Positions 1 to 13,271 are shown, counted from the first letter of the whole stretch. The stretch: DNA of 63,152 nucleotides, filler included, from Pseudovirgaria hyperparasitica (GCA_010093815.1; 4 parts of 4 records of this genome joined end to end with filler, not necessarily neighbours in it), one strand, 5' to 3'. The notes: generated by a model not told the origin, from the letters alone. Numbers and translations are program-made.

Positions 1-1231
1 CTGTAACCTCTCGAGATAAAATTATATACTATATGTCCTTTCGTCTCTTCCAGTCTGTACTCTTAAGCTTCGTCTTCGCTATCAGATCCAGGAGAGACAA
101 TCTGGCGGCGCTGATTAACTTTCAATTGGGGCAACGCCTCAACTGGCTCTAGCTCGTCTCCGTCATTATCCATTATAGGCTCTATCTTATTAGATCCTAG
201 GGCAAATAGCAACTTAAACTCCTACCGAGTAGTTAGTGTATTGCTTAAGTATAGAATAGAGATTCTAACGCATTCATGCTGTCCAATCCTGGATTTACAG
301 GCGGTGAAAATATCAACTCCTATATAAGTGGGTCCATGGAGGAGATAGACACACTCGTTTCTTAGAACGAGTTTATATTGCCGCTCTAGATTCCCTTCAC
401 CAACGTTGAAGATCTTTAGATTCTTGCTTGCAAGTGGTCCTTCATAGACCCTTTGAAAAAGGCCGTTTTCTGTTTTCTTTGAGAGGAATATGAGATCGCT
501 AGAACTGTGCAGTTCCACTAACGTAATCGGAGTACCACACCTCCTACAAAGGAGACGATAATCTAGACGGCGTTCCGGAACGAGTAGAGGTATAGCTTCC
601 CGCTGTCTAGTAGGTTGTTTTCTGTCTGGAAGTGATGTGCGGAACTCCTCGCAATATTTCTCGAGATATGTCTCGAACGGCTCTGGACTTTCTTTATCTT
701 GAAGGAGGGAAACTTGAGTCATTGTAAAAATATGTGGTTTGAAAATTTACGAACGGGACTAGAATGTAAACTGATAGGCAGGTATAATAGCGAGCAGCGA
801 TGATTTTAATGGCCGCCGCCCTCTGTCTCTCCTATGCCTGTCCGTCCGCTTATCGTTCTTTCATGAACTCCCGAGGTGGGGAAGGACCCCCCTAAGAGAC
901 GTCGGCGTGATGCGCATCGACTAGACTTGCATCCTCACATGTTTCGAAGCGAACTGGATTGAGCCATCCCGCGGATGTACGAGGGCAGTACCGTCTGCTA
1001 CCAAGACCACCATGCATAATAATAAAGCAGCATTCGACGCTCAGGTTATTCACGCAACTTGGTGGCTTCCACTCAACCCTGCTCACAAGCACTGCATGAT
1101 GTCCTAATAGCAGAGTAATCGATCTGAATCCTTACATGTATGGCTTCTTCTCAACCTGACCACGCCATCGGAGGATTGCAGTCCATATATTTCGATTGCC
1201 AAGTACAGATTAGTTTATCAGTCACTGAAAG
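1..1231 (+). repeat. Direct repeat, copy 1 (copy 2 at 61284-62447)
   Basis: Near-identical to 61284-62447 apart from a few SNPs (several G/A). Copy 1 has an extra ~54 bp at ~1057-1110 and lacks ~113 bp present in copy 2 before GTCACTGAAAG. The left end is cut by the window. Confidence 0.95.
63..722 (-). CDS. Hypothetical two-exon protein (~203 aa) with CxxC motif and acidic C-terminus
   Basis: ORF 722-270, then a 48-nt phase-0 intron 269-222 (GTTAGA...CTAAC...TAG), then an open exon 221-63 (EFKLLFALG...DSEDEA*). Intact in both repeat copies; family not recognised. Confidence 0.55.
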
Positions 1232-1944
1232 TGCTGGCCCTAAAGGTTTCCCTTAAGTTCCTCTTATACCCCCACCTAGTCTAATAGTGCCTTGAGACCA
1301 ATCGATAGCTTTTCCGTAACCGTCTATATAAAGCCGATAGTACACTATTCTTAGACATTAGATGCCATTGGATTCGCTATCTGCCTAAAAACGCTATAGG
1401 TGTGCCAGCTATTGCTAAAGGGTATGATCGCTTAAGAAACATAGTTTTGTGGACACTCGGTGATGAGTACCCGGAGTGCATGCTGCGACCGCTTACGGTC
1501 ATGTTGTTGTTGTATGTAAAGAAGAGAGAGTGAGCGACTCAGTAGAAAGCTATTTAACAAAAGACCACTAGTCCCAATCGGGAAGTAGGTACCCCTTATA
1601 TCTTCGAAAGTTACCTTAGAGCGGATTATTATTACCTAGCTTAACTCAAAGTGCATAGGAACGCCTTCGCCTACTTGAAAGACACTCTCAGTGAAGGTAT
1701 TCATCGTTGGCACTGCGCATGTAGTGCCAGTAGCTGGCTCCTTGGGGAGCAAGTGTGATGATCGCGAATCATCTGGATTGTATTCCATGACCTTACACTT
1801 GATCTCAGCTTGCGATGCACCCAGTTGTCGATTTAGCTCGTTCTGTGGATGAGATAATTTCAGACACTCACTGGGATTTGATTACGACGTTAGGCTTGGT
1901 TAGAATACTATACATTTGGGTTACGAAGCAGAAATCAGCATCGA

Positions 1945-2029
1945 GGTCGACGGGTGCAAGACTTCAATCAAGCGGTTTATTGTATTTTTACATATCAAGC
2001 CACACAGACAATCGAAACGCCCAAGATTA
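1945..2029 (+). repeat. Internal fragment of the NLR-cassette terminal inverted repeat
   Basis: GGTCGACGGGTGCAAGACTTCAATCAAGCGGTTTATTGTATTTTTACATATCAAGCCACACAGACAATCG..CAAGATT matches ~53340-53423 and ~32745-32822. Confidence 0.85.
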
Positions 2030-2644
2030 CGAGGAATATAGAAGTAAAGATATACAGCACTTCCACTAGTATAAAGGTTCAAATATCGCTGTTGTCACTG
2101 CTACCCTCCAAGTTGGCAATGTTCGCGGAAATAATGTGTCCGAGAGGTCCCCCAAACGGGAACACAATCTCTGCGGGTATTAATTAGGCTGGGGGTGTCG
2201 CGCTCTCCGCTAGAGCATTCCACGGGGGTCGTGAAACGCTTTCCAGTTGGTGGACGGAGTCGACCCCCTCGAGGTCGGCACCAGTCTTGGCCGCAAAGCC
2301 CCCCAGCATCGTAAAACTACTCATTCTCCCTTCGTTATGAAGCTCCTCACAGCACGTGACATTGCCCTACAAATCGACAGTACGGTCTCAGGGGCGTTAG
2401 GCCGTCTGATGGCAGAGGGGACTTGGACCTACAAGCAAACTGATGTCGGTCAGCAAGCAGGGACATGGTGATGTCTGTCCACTCATCTACGGTGATGATG
2501 TTGTGATGTTTCTCATGCTCAAATACCATCGAATTTGACCATGGCCTGCATCTCCAAACGAATGCGAGTGTTCAGCTATGCCCGTCAAATTTTCAATTAT
2601 GGTCATGGTACGTACGCCTTTGGAGAAAGAACCGTAAAGTGCTG

Positions 2645-2760
2645 CTACCAAACAGATAAGCAATATTATTGACGCTTCACAGCTTCGCGACCGTCCCGAC
2701 ATCTACGAGATATTCCATCATAAAGAGGCTTCATACATTGTTCTGGAGGACATGGCAAGC
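2645..2760 (+). pseudogene. Possible protein-kinase-like fragment
   Basis: Short frame ...DIYEIFHHKEASYIVLEDMA resembles kinase subdomains IV-V; flanked by stops. Confidence 0.25.
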
Positions 2761-3074
2761 CACAACGGCCTTGCAAACCCCTCAACTAAGTACATCTAAC
2801 TGTTTCTTTCCCAATGCAACCATTCACCAGAACGTGTCTGCCGTAATGAGACTTGCCGCTTGCCTTCTCTCTCGGACACATATACTTAGTAACCACAAGC
2901 ATTGAGGGGAGCCAGTACCATCAATGATTCATCCTCATAGCACACCAGAATCTAAATTTATAGAATTGATTCTCTAGCGAGTTCATGTCCGAAAGCCTGC
3001 TAAATCATGCAGTAAATCGATTGCGCGTTCCGTCTAACCTGCACGTTATGATGGGGTTGGAAGATAGTGACGCA

Positions 3075-3918
3075 GTGTACTGGCGGCTGGTGTGCGACAA
3101 AGCGGCACTGGCACTACTGATCGTCGTATGCGGGATCAAAAGTAAGTCCTCCCGCATGAGATTGCTTCGATGTATGGGTGCATGGATTGCCGCCAAGAGC
3201 AGCTTTATCCTGCCAAATCACACCATGCAGGATATCCCTGCACAACGAATTGGAATTCCAGCCAACTGGCTGGGTATCATCATGATCTGGGGGGTTCAAT
3301 GGCTTGACGTGCCCAAGGATGAGGCGAGTGCACGGCCGGTAAAGATTGGCCATACATGGGGCTGCCTTGGTGGCCTTTGAAGTCTTCCCAGCGCGACTTT
3401 GGTATCGACGACCGTAACCAAAATTCATGTGCCAATGGTGTCTCGATAGGTGCTTCTTTATTTCACCCTGCTTTCTATTAGGTCAAGCCGTTCGACGGTC
3501 CAGATGGACACGTCCATTGTGACGATACCATCCGTAGTTTGACCCCTGCAGCTACCAAGTCGTGCTTGGTTGGTTCCGCAGTCCTGTGGTCTTCGAGGCA
3601 GGCGACATGGAATGGGACGAACGCCGCCCTGTGATAGCCAGTAATTGGAAAAGGTTTTCCGTATCCGTAGCAGACTGAGGCAGATGGGCAGGCTTGATAT
3701 GATGTGGCTGGCCAGGTTCACAGCATCACCAGCGAAGCTTGCACTTCCGTCGACCGACTGCTGTCTCAGCCTTACGACGTGCGGAGCGGGCCTATCGTAG
3801 TATTTGAAGGCGCCATGACCTTTCTCAACTCGACAAATCACTCTCATTTGCCTTCTTTCCCACCGCCATGTATGACCTAACTTCTGACTCTATAGCCTGT
3901 CTAGTTCTTGGCTGCATA
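3075..3918 (+). repeat. Dispersed repeat family X, copy A
   Basis: Blocks match the reverse complement of 12567-13187, 18786-19143 and 60578-61000 (e.g. GCTGGGTATCATCATGATCT, CGGGATCAAAAGTAAGTCCTCCCGC). Confidence 0.85.
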
Positions 3919-4935
3919 TGTTCCATCTTTGCATCTTTCTCTCTCCTCTATTCGGTTACTACATACAGAGGAAACCGGCCACACATACCTCTGCTTGGAG
4001 TTTTGGCCGGCATTCTCTCATCCGCTCTTTCTCTAATAGGAGCATTTCTTGTTCCCATTTCCGTATCGTATTTCCCACGGTGGATACCCCTTTTGACAAG
4101 TCTTTCAGCCGCGTTCGGTGCCTTGTTTGAGGTGCGTTACTCTCGCGACTAGCGTCCAATACTGACTTTTTGGCCGCCAGAGCCTTGCTACGTACTCAAT
4201 GATGCCGTACCTGTCTTGGGAGTATGTCACAGCACTATGTCTCCCATCTAGTCTCGGAATACTATCAACCATAATCACATTGTAAGTCTGAGCCCTATTC
4301 TACGACTTACCACTGAGATGATATTAAGCTCTTTTGTGTTTGATGACATAGCTCCAGCGGAGACCATGTGCATCGCCCAATTCTTCTTGCTGTTAGGCGA
4401 GATCACATTGATGATATTTTGGTACCGAGCACGCGGACAGGGCCAACAGAGTAGCAGAGAGGGACTAGGAGAAAGAAGGCCAACACGTAAGGAATCCAAA
4501 GGAAATGATTTCATAAGTCGAAGTATCATTCGTCACGGGATTTTAGCTGTCCTTATTGTCGCCATTATACCAGCTAGTGTGTGTACCAATAAGGTAAGTC
4601 TGTCGTACGGCTATCAAACGTTGCTGATGTTCCAGGGAATACCGTACTCACTATCTCTCACCATCTTGCTGGCTTTGTATAAAACGAACACCTTGTTTAT
4701 GACGTTACCTCCAGCAATTCGGATGATCGTTGCGTTAATTAATGCCACACGGAACAAAACGCACGGTGGTCGAGAGGCCAACCAAGAGCATTCGAATTTC
4801 GGTTCTGAGGAAAAATCTCTGGATTCTTTCGACGGAATAAACGACCGTCCGATGAGCGGAATGAGCTTCATGTGCAGAGGCACATTTCTCACTTCGTCCA
4901 TCCCTCCTCCAACTCAATTCACAAGTCGTGTCTAA
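3868..4935 (+). CDS. Multi-pass membrane protein (about 7 hydrophobic segments), 4 exons
   Basis: Exons 3868-4131, 4181-4281, 4329-4593, 4636-4935. GT..AG introns keep the frame; many hydrophobic stretches and a polar C-tail. Confidence 0.65.
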
Positions 4936-5835
4936 TACCTTGCTCTCTCCGAAGTCATCTTTAGGCGCCTGCCGTTTGTTGTTGTACAGTGCGCAAACGA
5001 CTGGTGGGTCAGGCTCCAAGAAGAGTTCTGATTGATCGGGATGCAGTTTTCGTGCTGGGTTCCATGATATGACGTATCTACTTGGGCGAGTCCGGAATTT
5101 CACTGTTCGTTTCGGATTGCGGCCTATACTATACCGTGGTCGGCTTGGAACGTTTCTGGTGCTATGTAATTTTACCATTTCCTATGACCCGGGTCGGTGC
5201 TCCAGCCGAAGCTCCAAGCATATTTCCGCCGCCCTTGATGAGTCGCGAGTCTCCAGACGCTAGGCACTAATGCATACGTTATCCATCCAGCACTACTATC
5301 AGAGTTTTAGCTTCCTTCCATTGGTCGTAGAGTCTAAGAATGAGGGCTTCCTTCCACATTTGTAACCAGAGTAGGAGAGAAGGGGGCATAGGCTGACTTT
5401 CTGCCAAAGTAGTAGAGAGTAAATCCAGCAGCTTATGCGTCTGCTCGGTATGCCCAGGTAAGAATCCCGGCAACCGGCCTGGGGCGAGGCTCGCTGGACC
5501 GCAATGATCAGGAGTGGCGAGCACGACATAATCAGGCTGGCTACACTATGCTAGTCTCTTTTGACGGCACGACGACCGTTGAGGGCTTGGACGTGCGGCT
5601 ACTCCGTGTGTAATTAGGCCATGGATAGCTCTTCCCAGATTTCTACTATTCTTACCGAGCATGACATCGTGATCAAATCTCAGTGAATGTCTGACATCAT
5701 CTCATCCACAGAACGATCTAGATATCTGATGTCTCCAAAGGGGATCGAGTTGTGCGTAATGGCTGCTGCAATATTTACTCAATTTCAGTGATGTGTACTA
5801 GTTCCTATTCTATGTTCACCCTTCACGCAAGGCCC

Positions 5836-5923
5836 ATAATCCACCTTGCGCGATGACATTGGCGCCCTTGTCGAGCAGCAGCTTGACAGTCTGCTGGTGG
5901 CCTCCATCTGAAGCTGCCTGGAC
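5836..5923 (-). pseudogene. Single orphan ankyrin repeat unit of NACHT-ANK type
   Basis: Translates VQAASDGGHQQTVKLLLDKGANVIAQGG, close to the fungal NLR ankyrin consensus ALQAAS.GGH..VVKLLLDKGADVNAQGG. Confidence 0.75.
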
Positions 5924-7353
5924 GCTGGAGCTAAGTAAAAGCGTCACAGCCATAACCAGGTGACCCCTTCTTTGGTGAACTTGCCTAGTGAAGCTTTGTA
6001 ACCAATAGCACTACTTTCGTTATTGTGCGGCTTTTCAAAACACTTGGTTGACCGCCGGGGATTTCATTACTAAGCGCTATTGAAGGATCATGCCTGATAC
6101 TTTTAGGAGGATCAAGCTCCAGTCATTCACAGGGTATGACAAATCCTGACTTGCATTGGATACCGGAGATAAGATTAGCGACGCCCAGCAGAGCGCTTGA
6201 GCAGCTAGGCGCAGACTCATGCTTCGTCTAAGTTAGAGCCGTTCAGATCGATACTTCGAACGACGAGTACAGCGATTGCAAGCCTTCAAGGCAGGGATAC
6301 CAGCACATCAATGGGAAAGATAACAGTATATTGCTGAGATATAGATGGTCAAGTAATAGGTCCAGCTTCATGAAATGACTCTCATGGCATAATGCCAGCA
6401 GCAGCCCCCTGAGCCCACCTCGCCTCACCATCACCCTTGCGCAAGGACTTTGAAGCTTCAATCACGAGTCAACAACCCCCACTTATCCGTATCCCACCAC
6501 CAGGGTTCGAAAACACATCCCGCTGTGCTGGGGTCCTCTCTGGCGGGTCTGGTTCACAGTCCCAAAACTTAAGGACACTATTTTCACTCATCGACCAAAC
6601 CCTCTCTGATATGTTGCCAACACTGGCGTTATCGACCGGTAGACCGCTATCCACATGGGCCGCGTCACGATTATCAAGTCGCGCCTGATCTGGAGGCAAG
6701 CCTGTGTGATTGGCCTGGTCAGGATTCTCAGTGAGAGACACCTCTTCCTGACCGCCGATCAAGGTAATTTCGACCACAGCACGTCCCCGGTATGGTAGCA
6801 ACAACGTGGCTATAGTCACTGCATATTGAGACCTCGTGAGGCGTGGCGCGTCGATGATCCATGGGAATGTATGCTTCGTATTTAATGTTTTCGTGCTCTT
6901 GGCGTCCATGAAGAGCTGCAGTACGGGGCGGGCTCGGGGGTTGGTCAGTCTTGTTGACATGGTAAGGCCTCCGGATCCGTTCTCCCACCAGACGTAGGTA
7001 GAGCTTCTTAGTGCGCCCTATCATACTAATAAGAGAAGAGAAAAAGAGGTTGCCTGGGATAAGTCAGAACAAGGAGACTGTCAGTTTGAGCAATACTTAC
7101 CACTCATTTTTGCCGGGCGATATGCTATAGTGTGAGTCTAGGTGTCGGTAATTGCGTATAGTTTGTTCATCAAGTCCGATGTCCATGGCGTCCATCCTGG
7201 AAAGATCATCAGTGAGGGATTCGTTCTATGTTTACTGTGGTATCACGCCGAACAGTTGCTAGCGCCAATTTGACTTCCTAGCCAGAGGGGGCTGTGACGG
7301 AACAACTTGACTTGCATACTTAGTGCATCAATCTACAGGTAAGTAGCCCAACA

Positions 7354-7421
7354 TACGGCTAAACCGTGGCCCTGACCGCAAAAAGTCGACTTTTTGCGGT
7401 CAGGGCCACGGTTTAGCCGTA
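7354..7421. mobile_element. Miniature foldback element: 64-bp spacerless TIR pair flanked by TA (Tc1/mariner-type MITE)
   Basis: Perfect 72-bp palindrome 7352-7423: caTA-CGGCTAAACCGTGGCCCTGACCGCAAAAAGTC|GACTTTTTGCGGTCAGGGCCACGGTTTAGCCG-TAtg. Confidence 0.75.
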
Positions 7422-7567
7422 TGATCAAGGTATCAAGAGTCCGGACTGCACGCCTCCAGAGTCATACAATTGCCTTTCCCCCCTACTGTCTCATCCTCCA
7501 AGCGCAGATTCCCAGCGCTACTCAGCAGTTGCCTTCTTTCCAACTTTGCCCCCTTCGAGTCCCCTCA

Positions 7568-9492
7568 ATGGCAATCTCCTCCCCGATTACATCTTCCAAC
7601 TTCGAACATTCTGCGATAATATTAGCATTACGACTTGTCGCCAAATGCTTTAATACTATCGAATCTGTTCGTTCAGCGCATAGATGTTGTGTATTCAAAG
7701 ACTAACACGGCTATAGTCTTTCGGAGATGCATTCCTCAAAGCGGCTCATGAAATCGAGCCTTCAAGAGGCGAGGAAGAGATGCTCAATGCTTTTCGCAAG
7801 TTATCATTAACTATTAGAACACCTCGAGGGCCTGCAGTGTCATTGGACAAACGAAGCAAGACATGTCGAAGTCTCGCAGGCAATAATAAATCCACAGCTA
7901 GGGTCTCACGTGGCAGTGGCCTGATATCAAGCATTACTGCTCCTACTAACCATGGCCCAACGAAGGAGGCAACAGGTGGTAGACGAAGCCATGGCAACAT
8001 TCCAGTGACTGTTATTCCTCCTATTGACCATTCCCGGACGGGAGAGGCTGTCGACCATGGTCCGACGGACGGAGCTCCAGTCGGTAGACAGATAGGCCAG
8101 ACACAAAGTTACGACAGTGACCCGCTACGGAATGCTAGTAATGCTCAGCTTGAAAAACAAAGTGACATATCCAGCGGTAGCATCACCGGGGAAACTGCTG
8201 TCAGCAGACTCGAGGCCTTGATCAAAGACCATAAAACCGTCAAAACATCCCTCACCAAGGGCGCGATCGACAGACTGGTGAAGATTGTTAGAAAGATGTC
8301 TATCCAGGATCTGCCAGAGACCACAATGCCTCGCATGAGACCGCCCGAATCCGTCAAAGAATTATGGGAGCAATACAAGCAATTCGACCGCCAGTGTATG
8401 GAAAGACGTCGGGTGTTCCAAATGGCGCTGACATTCTGTTGGGTCAGAGAAATAGAGAGGTGTCCAACGCGGACGGATAATAAAAAGATCCTCGAGGAAA
8501 TCGCCTTGAACGTGGGGATCTCGAAAGAAGACACCAAGGAGATGTACGGACTGTATGCCTGTGGTGTCACGCTATTGAGTCTACAACCAAGGGTGTGGAT
8601 CATGACAGCGGGTATGAAGCTGGATTCGTAGTATGTGTAGTCCAGCCCTTACATGTACATAATGCTGACACAGAAGAGCTTCACCAGATTAAGCGCTGAG
8701 GCCACAACAGTTCTCCATGAGTATATAGACACATACTGGGGAAACTCAGTCGAGCTTGACCGTACTGTCGTCGAAAGAGTTCGAGAGATTGTTCCTATCA
8801 TACCTGAATTTGATAGCTGTGCCTCGACTTATTATAAGCAAGCATTAGCGCGCTCGCCGCTACCCTTGACTGTTGAAGAAAGACACGGACACTCCACTGT
8901 GAGTCCAACAACTATATCGAGTCGACAGTCGAGTACGCGTCCATCTTCATCAAATCTATCCGCAAGTACATTTTCGGGTGCGGATTCGAACAGTGTCGAT
9001 CATTACGATCACGAAAATGCAGGTTCTAGGAAGCGGTGGATATCAGAAGGCCACGACCAACAGAAGCGGAAGCGTTTACTCGCCGATCAAGACACTCCTA
9101 TCATATTGGAGCACACAACTGTATCCCCACAGAGCTCGAATGGACTAATAATACCGGAGGTTATTGCGAACAACCCCGCAATCCTCACAACCACACCATC
9201 GCAGACATCTCCCGAAGTCCTAGACCGCAATCAACCTCAACAGGCGACAAACTTAGGGCTAACGACAGACTCGGACATGCGGGAAGACGTGATTATCCAG
9301 AATAACTCGCTCGTCTTACGAGACAACTACAACCATTTCCCATCGCTCGATGGTTTCGGACAGAGTTTCACGGCGATGACCCAGGATGTCTCGTTCGTCT
9401 TTCCACCAGACAGATTTGATCGGCTCGATGGTTTCGGGCAGAATTTTACGGCTAACATTGATGGATTCGGGTATCCAATGCCTGTTTCATAG
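7568..9492 (+). CDS. Hypothetical multi-exon protein, S/T-rich, basic NLS-like patch, C-terminal DGFGQ repeats
   Basis: ORFs 7780-8631 and 8653-9492 plus a short upstream exon from ATG 7568 (intron ending CTAAC..TAG at 7716). The splice junction near 8630-8675 is unresolved. Confidence 0.55.
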
Positions 9493-10139
9493 GATCATCA
9501 CAGGACGGATACAAGGTGGGCCTGAACGCGATATAGCCCTGGCTTTCTTATCATTTTCAAAGTTCCCGCAGTGCCCAGTCACATGGTCAGCATGTCTTTA
9601 CCAGAAATAATGTATTGTTCCCGCTTTAGTCTATGACCAGACATTTAAGCGGATCATTATTTCATTATTGTACAACCAAGAAAACCACATCTCCTCGCAC
9701 ACATGATACCGAATTCGAGGTGCAGAAGATTGCTATTCCAGGTTCGAAAGAGCTCCAATTCTCGTTATCAGTCGAGACGTGTGAGGATCCCTGCAAAACC
9801 ACTATAGGGACGAGGTATGTATCCCGAGTTCGATTGATCATAAATTTACCTTCCTGTGGTTTCGTCGGTCGTAGTAGGCCCCAGAGGGTCTAGTAGGCAT
9901 CAACGATTGAACCCGTATTTCGTTGGCTTAACTTACTGGTCTTTCCTTCCATATTCCAAGAGCTAACTTCTGTGCGCTATCCTCATACCCTGGAGTATGA
10001 CATTGCCAAAACCCAGGCAACTTAGAATCTTGGAACTGCCCTTGTTCTTCTACCGCCTTCGCCAGTGCTGCTCGATGCTCTTCAACATGTTGTGGGAGAG
10101 TGAAGCTTGCAAGATGTTCAGGCATACTAGCAGAGGGTA

Positions 10140-11640
10140 AAACAGCGTAGATTCAAACAAACATGCGCTTTCAGACTAGGTAAACCTTTGTGCGCTGACG
10201 CGATGTGATCGTAAATTTCCCGCATATGCCACGAAATGGCGGGGCAGCACGTGCTGTCCCGTAACGCTTTCGGATCACGTGGCTAGAAGTTTCACCGAGT
10301 AATATTTTTATCTTGATGACTCTGACTCTAAGCGCCCGCCCGCCATGTAGCTAAGACGGACGGATTTGATCTACACTTCTTAACAATCGTTCAGCCAAGC
10401 CTGCGATCCAAGACCCAAGTGTTATCAAGCCGCTATTCAATCATTATCCTAGTGGACATGGATTAACCTAAGATGTCATCGATCGTGCCTTCATACCGTG
10501 GGGAGAAGCCAGGGAGCTGGATCCGAACGTTGCAGACCAGATCGTCATCATTATTACCGATACCAAAGTGGAAAAGCTGACTCGTATCAAGTTCGTTGCA
10601 TACCGCGGCCATAGTCAACGTTTCTATCACCAAGTCAGACTTGGTTGAGACCTTATGTCTAATCTTCTTCATCTTTACGCGGATTCTTCTTATATTAATT
10701 TAGCTAATATATCGCATTGTAGAAAATAAAAAACGCTAATATTACAATGCCGATAACGTGACTTAGTTTATTACGGACCGTGATAAAAGTATAGGGAAGG
10801 CATGGAAGGGGATCTTAAGCTGGTCATGTATATTCGTCCCGCCGCCCGGTATCCAATACCTAGTATTATTCACTACCTAGCTACTAGTTATCTACTCTAT
10901 TAATATCTATATCCCAAAGCGACCTAGAAAAAGGACAAAGTGAGAAAGTTGGAGGCGTTGAGACCCGACTAGGTTGGGTTATGGAGAGGTCGGCTCATCC
11001 ATATGCTCGCCCTGAATCGCCAGCGATACGGAAGACAAACATAGCGATCCGTTGAATCCTATCGTATGCACTCGCGCGTGGTATCAGCGTATGGCTATAG
11101 GATCGACCCCCCCACCCTTTGTTTCTATCTTACTCTACGATTGGCTTATTACTAACGCGTCAGCCTATGCAAAAAGCAGAGAACAGGGTGTGGAAACTAA
11201 CGAGGAAAGGTACTAAACCCGTGAAGGGTCCTTCGCAAGTAGAAAACGAAGCGTAGGCTATATATATGAGTCAAAGCCTGCGATGCAGCCTAAATTATAG
11301 ATGGCCATCCTTATAAATTCAGGCACTATAAGCATGGTGTCTAAAGTACGCAATGACGCATGAACGCTGTCCTTCTGACATAAATGAGCAGTAAGTAAGT
11401 AAAGGATATATCTGACTAGTAAAGAACGCTCACGATAACAGGCAGACCAGGGAATCTCGGTGCGGTATGTATCCTTTCGGTATGTGAGGCTATTTCACTA
11501 AGTCTCTTAAAGCGGGTTGGAAACCAGCGAGTCCAATCACTCATGTTATACGAGAGAGCTTCAGCCTCGGTCCGCGTTATCTTGAGTTTACGCAGTCCTT
11601 TTGAGTATGGAGGACGAGAAACCTTAGCGCTACCGCTATC
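10140..11640 (-). pseudogene. Degraded multi-exon gene of unknown family
   Basis: Protein-like frames (MSDWTRWFPTRF..., KDSVHASLRTLDTML..., NVRIQLPGFSPRYEG...) with GT..AG introns and many TAA/TAG/TGA stops consistent with C>T mutation. Confidence 0.3.
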
Positions 11641-11738
11641 CGTCTGTAACCTTTTCAGCGCGACTCTTGGCACACGTTGCGCGCGCAATACACCACTTCT
11701 TCTCCTATCCGTTTGTCCATCTGTTTATCCATAGTTAC

Positions 11739-12253
11739 ATCCGTCCGTAACTTTTTCAGTGCAACTCTTGGCACGTGTTGCGCGCGCAACACACACATTT
11801 TCTCTTATTCTTAAAAACCTATATTTCCTTTAATAACTCTAGTATTAGGACTCTAGAAGGTATTATAAGATCTCATATACTTATATTTATATCTAAAGAG
11901 TATCTATTAAGTTCTTTTAAAGAATCTTAAAGAGATAGATGATAGAGAAAATCTCTATTTTCTCTTTATCTTTACTATATACCTGGGTACTTTAGAAGTT
12001 ACCCCTCCTAAGTTATTATAGAGCTTTTCTTAGAATAACTAATTAATATATTATTGTTCTCTTAATTTTTTTATATAGGAAGTAAGAGACTATATAGAAG
12101 TATATTTAGGTATAATTAAAAACCTCCTAGAGTCTTAGTTCTGGAGTTATTGAAGAAAATATAGGTTTTTAGGAAATAAAGGTATCGGTAAAAAAACGTG
12201 TGTTGCGCACGTAACACGTGCCAAGAGTTGCGCTGAAAGAGTTACGGACGGAT
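11739..12253. mobile_element. Foldback/MITE-like element 1 (~120-bp imperfect TIRs, very AT-rich core)
   Basis: ATCCGTCCGTAACTTTTTCAGTGCAACTCTTGGCACGTGTTGCGCGCGCAACACAC... at the left end and its inverse ending ...GTTACGGACGGAT at 12253. Extra partial TIR at 11638-11695. No TSD found. Confidence 0.7.
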
Positions 12254-12566
12254 CCGTCGTTTTCCTAGAACCTGAGTCGCTTGGCATTTTTCAATTTCAC
12301 GCGTGTGTTCACACACCCCAATTAGATAGCTATTTTACCTCTCTACCTCTATATAAGGGTCTATATATAATAATATCTATATAGACTTATAGAGTAGAGT
12401 AGGGCGATTAATCCTATATATTTTTTAAGCTCTATACTCTCTAATTCACTCTATAATAAGAGGGTCTAGTTTCTTAGAGAAGAGGAAGAAGGTGGTTTTC
12501 CTAGAACCTGACGCGGTTTTCGCACGGCCCTCTTCTAAGAACTTTTTAAGATCCTTCTCTACATAT

Positions 12567-13187
12567 GCAGCCAAGAACCAGACAGGCTATAGAGTCAGAA
12601 GTTAGGTCATACATGGCGGTGGGAAAGAAGGTAAATGAAAGTGCTCCGTCAAGTTGAGAAAGGCCATGGCGCCTTCAAACCTAATTACCAGCAGAGCGCG
12701 GACCAGTAGTTGGTTCCTGGCTGGCATCCCTCGGAGAACGATCCTGGTCGACGACGACAACGACAACGAAAAGGCAACAGGCACCAAGCCTGCCCATCTG
12801 CCTCAGTCTGCTACGGATACGGAAAATCCTTTTCCAATTGCTGGCTATCATAGGGCGGCGTTCGTCCATTCCATGTCGCCTGCTTCAAATACCACAGGAC
12901 TGCAGAACCAACCAAGCACGACTTGGTAGCTGCAGGGATCAAACCACGGATAGTCTCGTCACAATGGACGTGTCCATCTAGACCGTCAGACGGCATGGAT
13001 TTTAGGTACGGTCGTCAATACCAAAGTGGCGCTGGGAAGGCTTCAAAGGCCGTCTAGGCAGCCCCACGTATAGCCAATCTTTATTGGCCGTGCACTCGCC
13101 CCATCCTTAGGCACGTCAAGCCACTGAACCCCCCAGACGAGATCATGATGATACCCAGCTAATTAGTTGGCTGGAATTCCAATTCGT
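12567..13187 (-). repeat. Repeat family X, copy B (inverted copy of ~3245-3918)
   Basis: Diverged colinear reverse-complement match, including the first codons of the 3868 membrane gene; lacks ~3430-3490. Confidence 0.85.
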
Positions 13188-13271
13188 ATGATCCTGCACT
13201 GCTTTACCCGCTGAAGAGCTCCCACCGCCCTAATACAACGCAGCTTCTCCTTCTCCTCCTTTAGTCCAATT

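Noticed and set aside
1..1231. Terminal direct repeats as LTRs of a giant retroelement
   Set aside because: They contain an intron-bearing gene, lack TG..CA ends, PBS and PPT, and lie on different contigs.
6243..6461. Patatin-like remnant (RRGGLRGL...FPLMC)
   Set aside because: No GTSTG or DGG motif; resemblance too weak to call.
11780..11801. GC hairpin followed by ATTTT as a Helitron 3' end
   Set aside because: The hairpin is internal to a longer inverted repeat, and no Rep/helicase or matching 5' end is visible.
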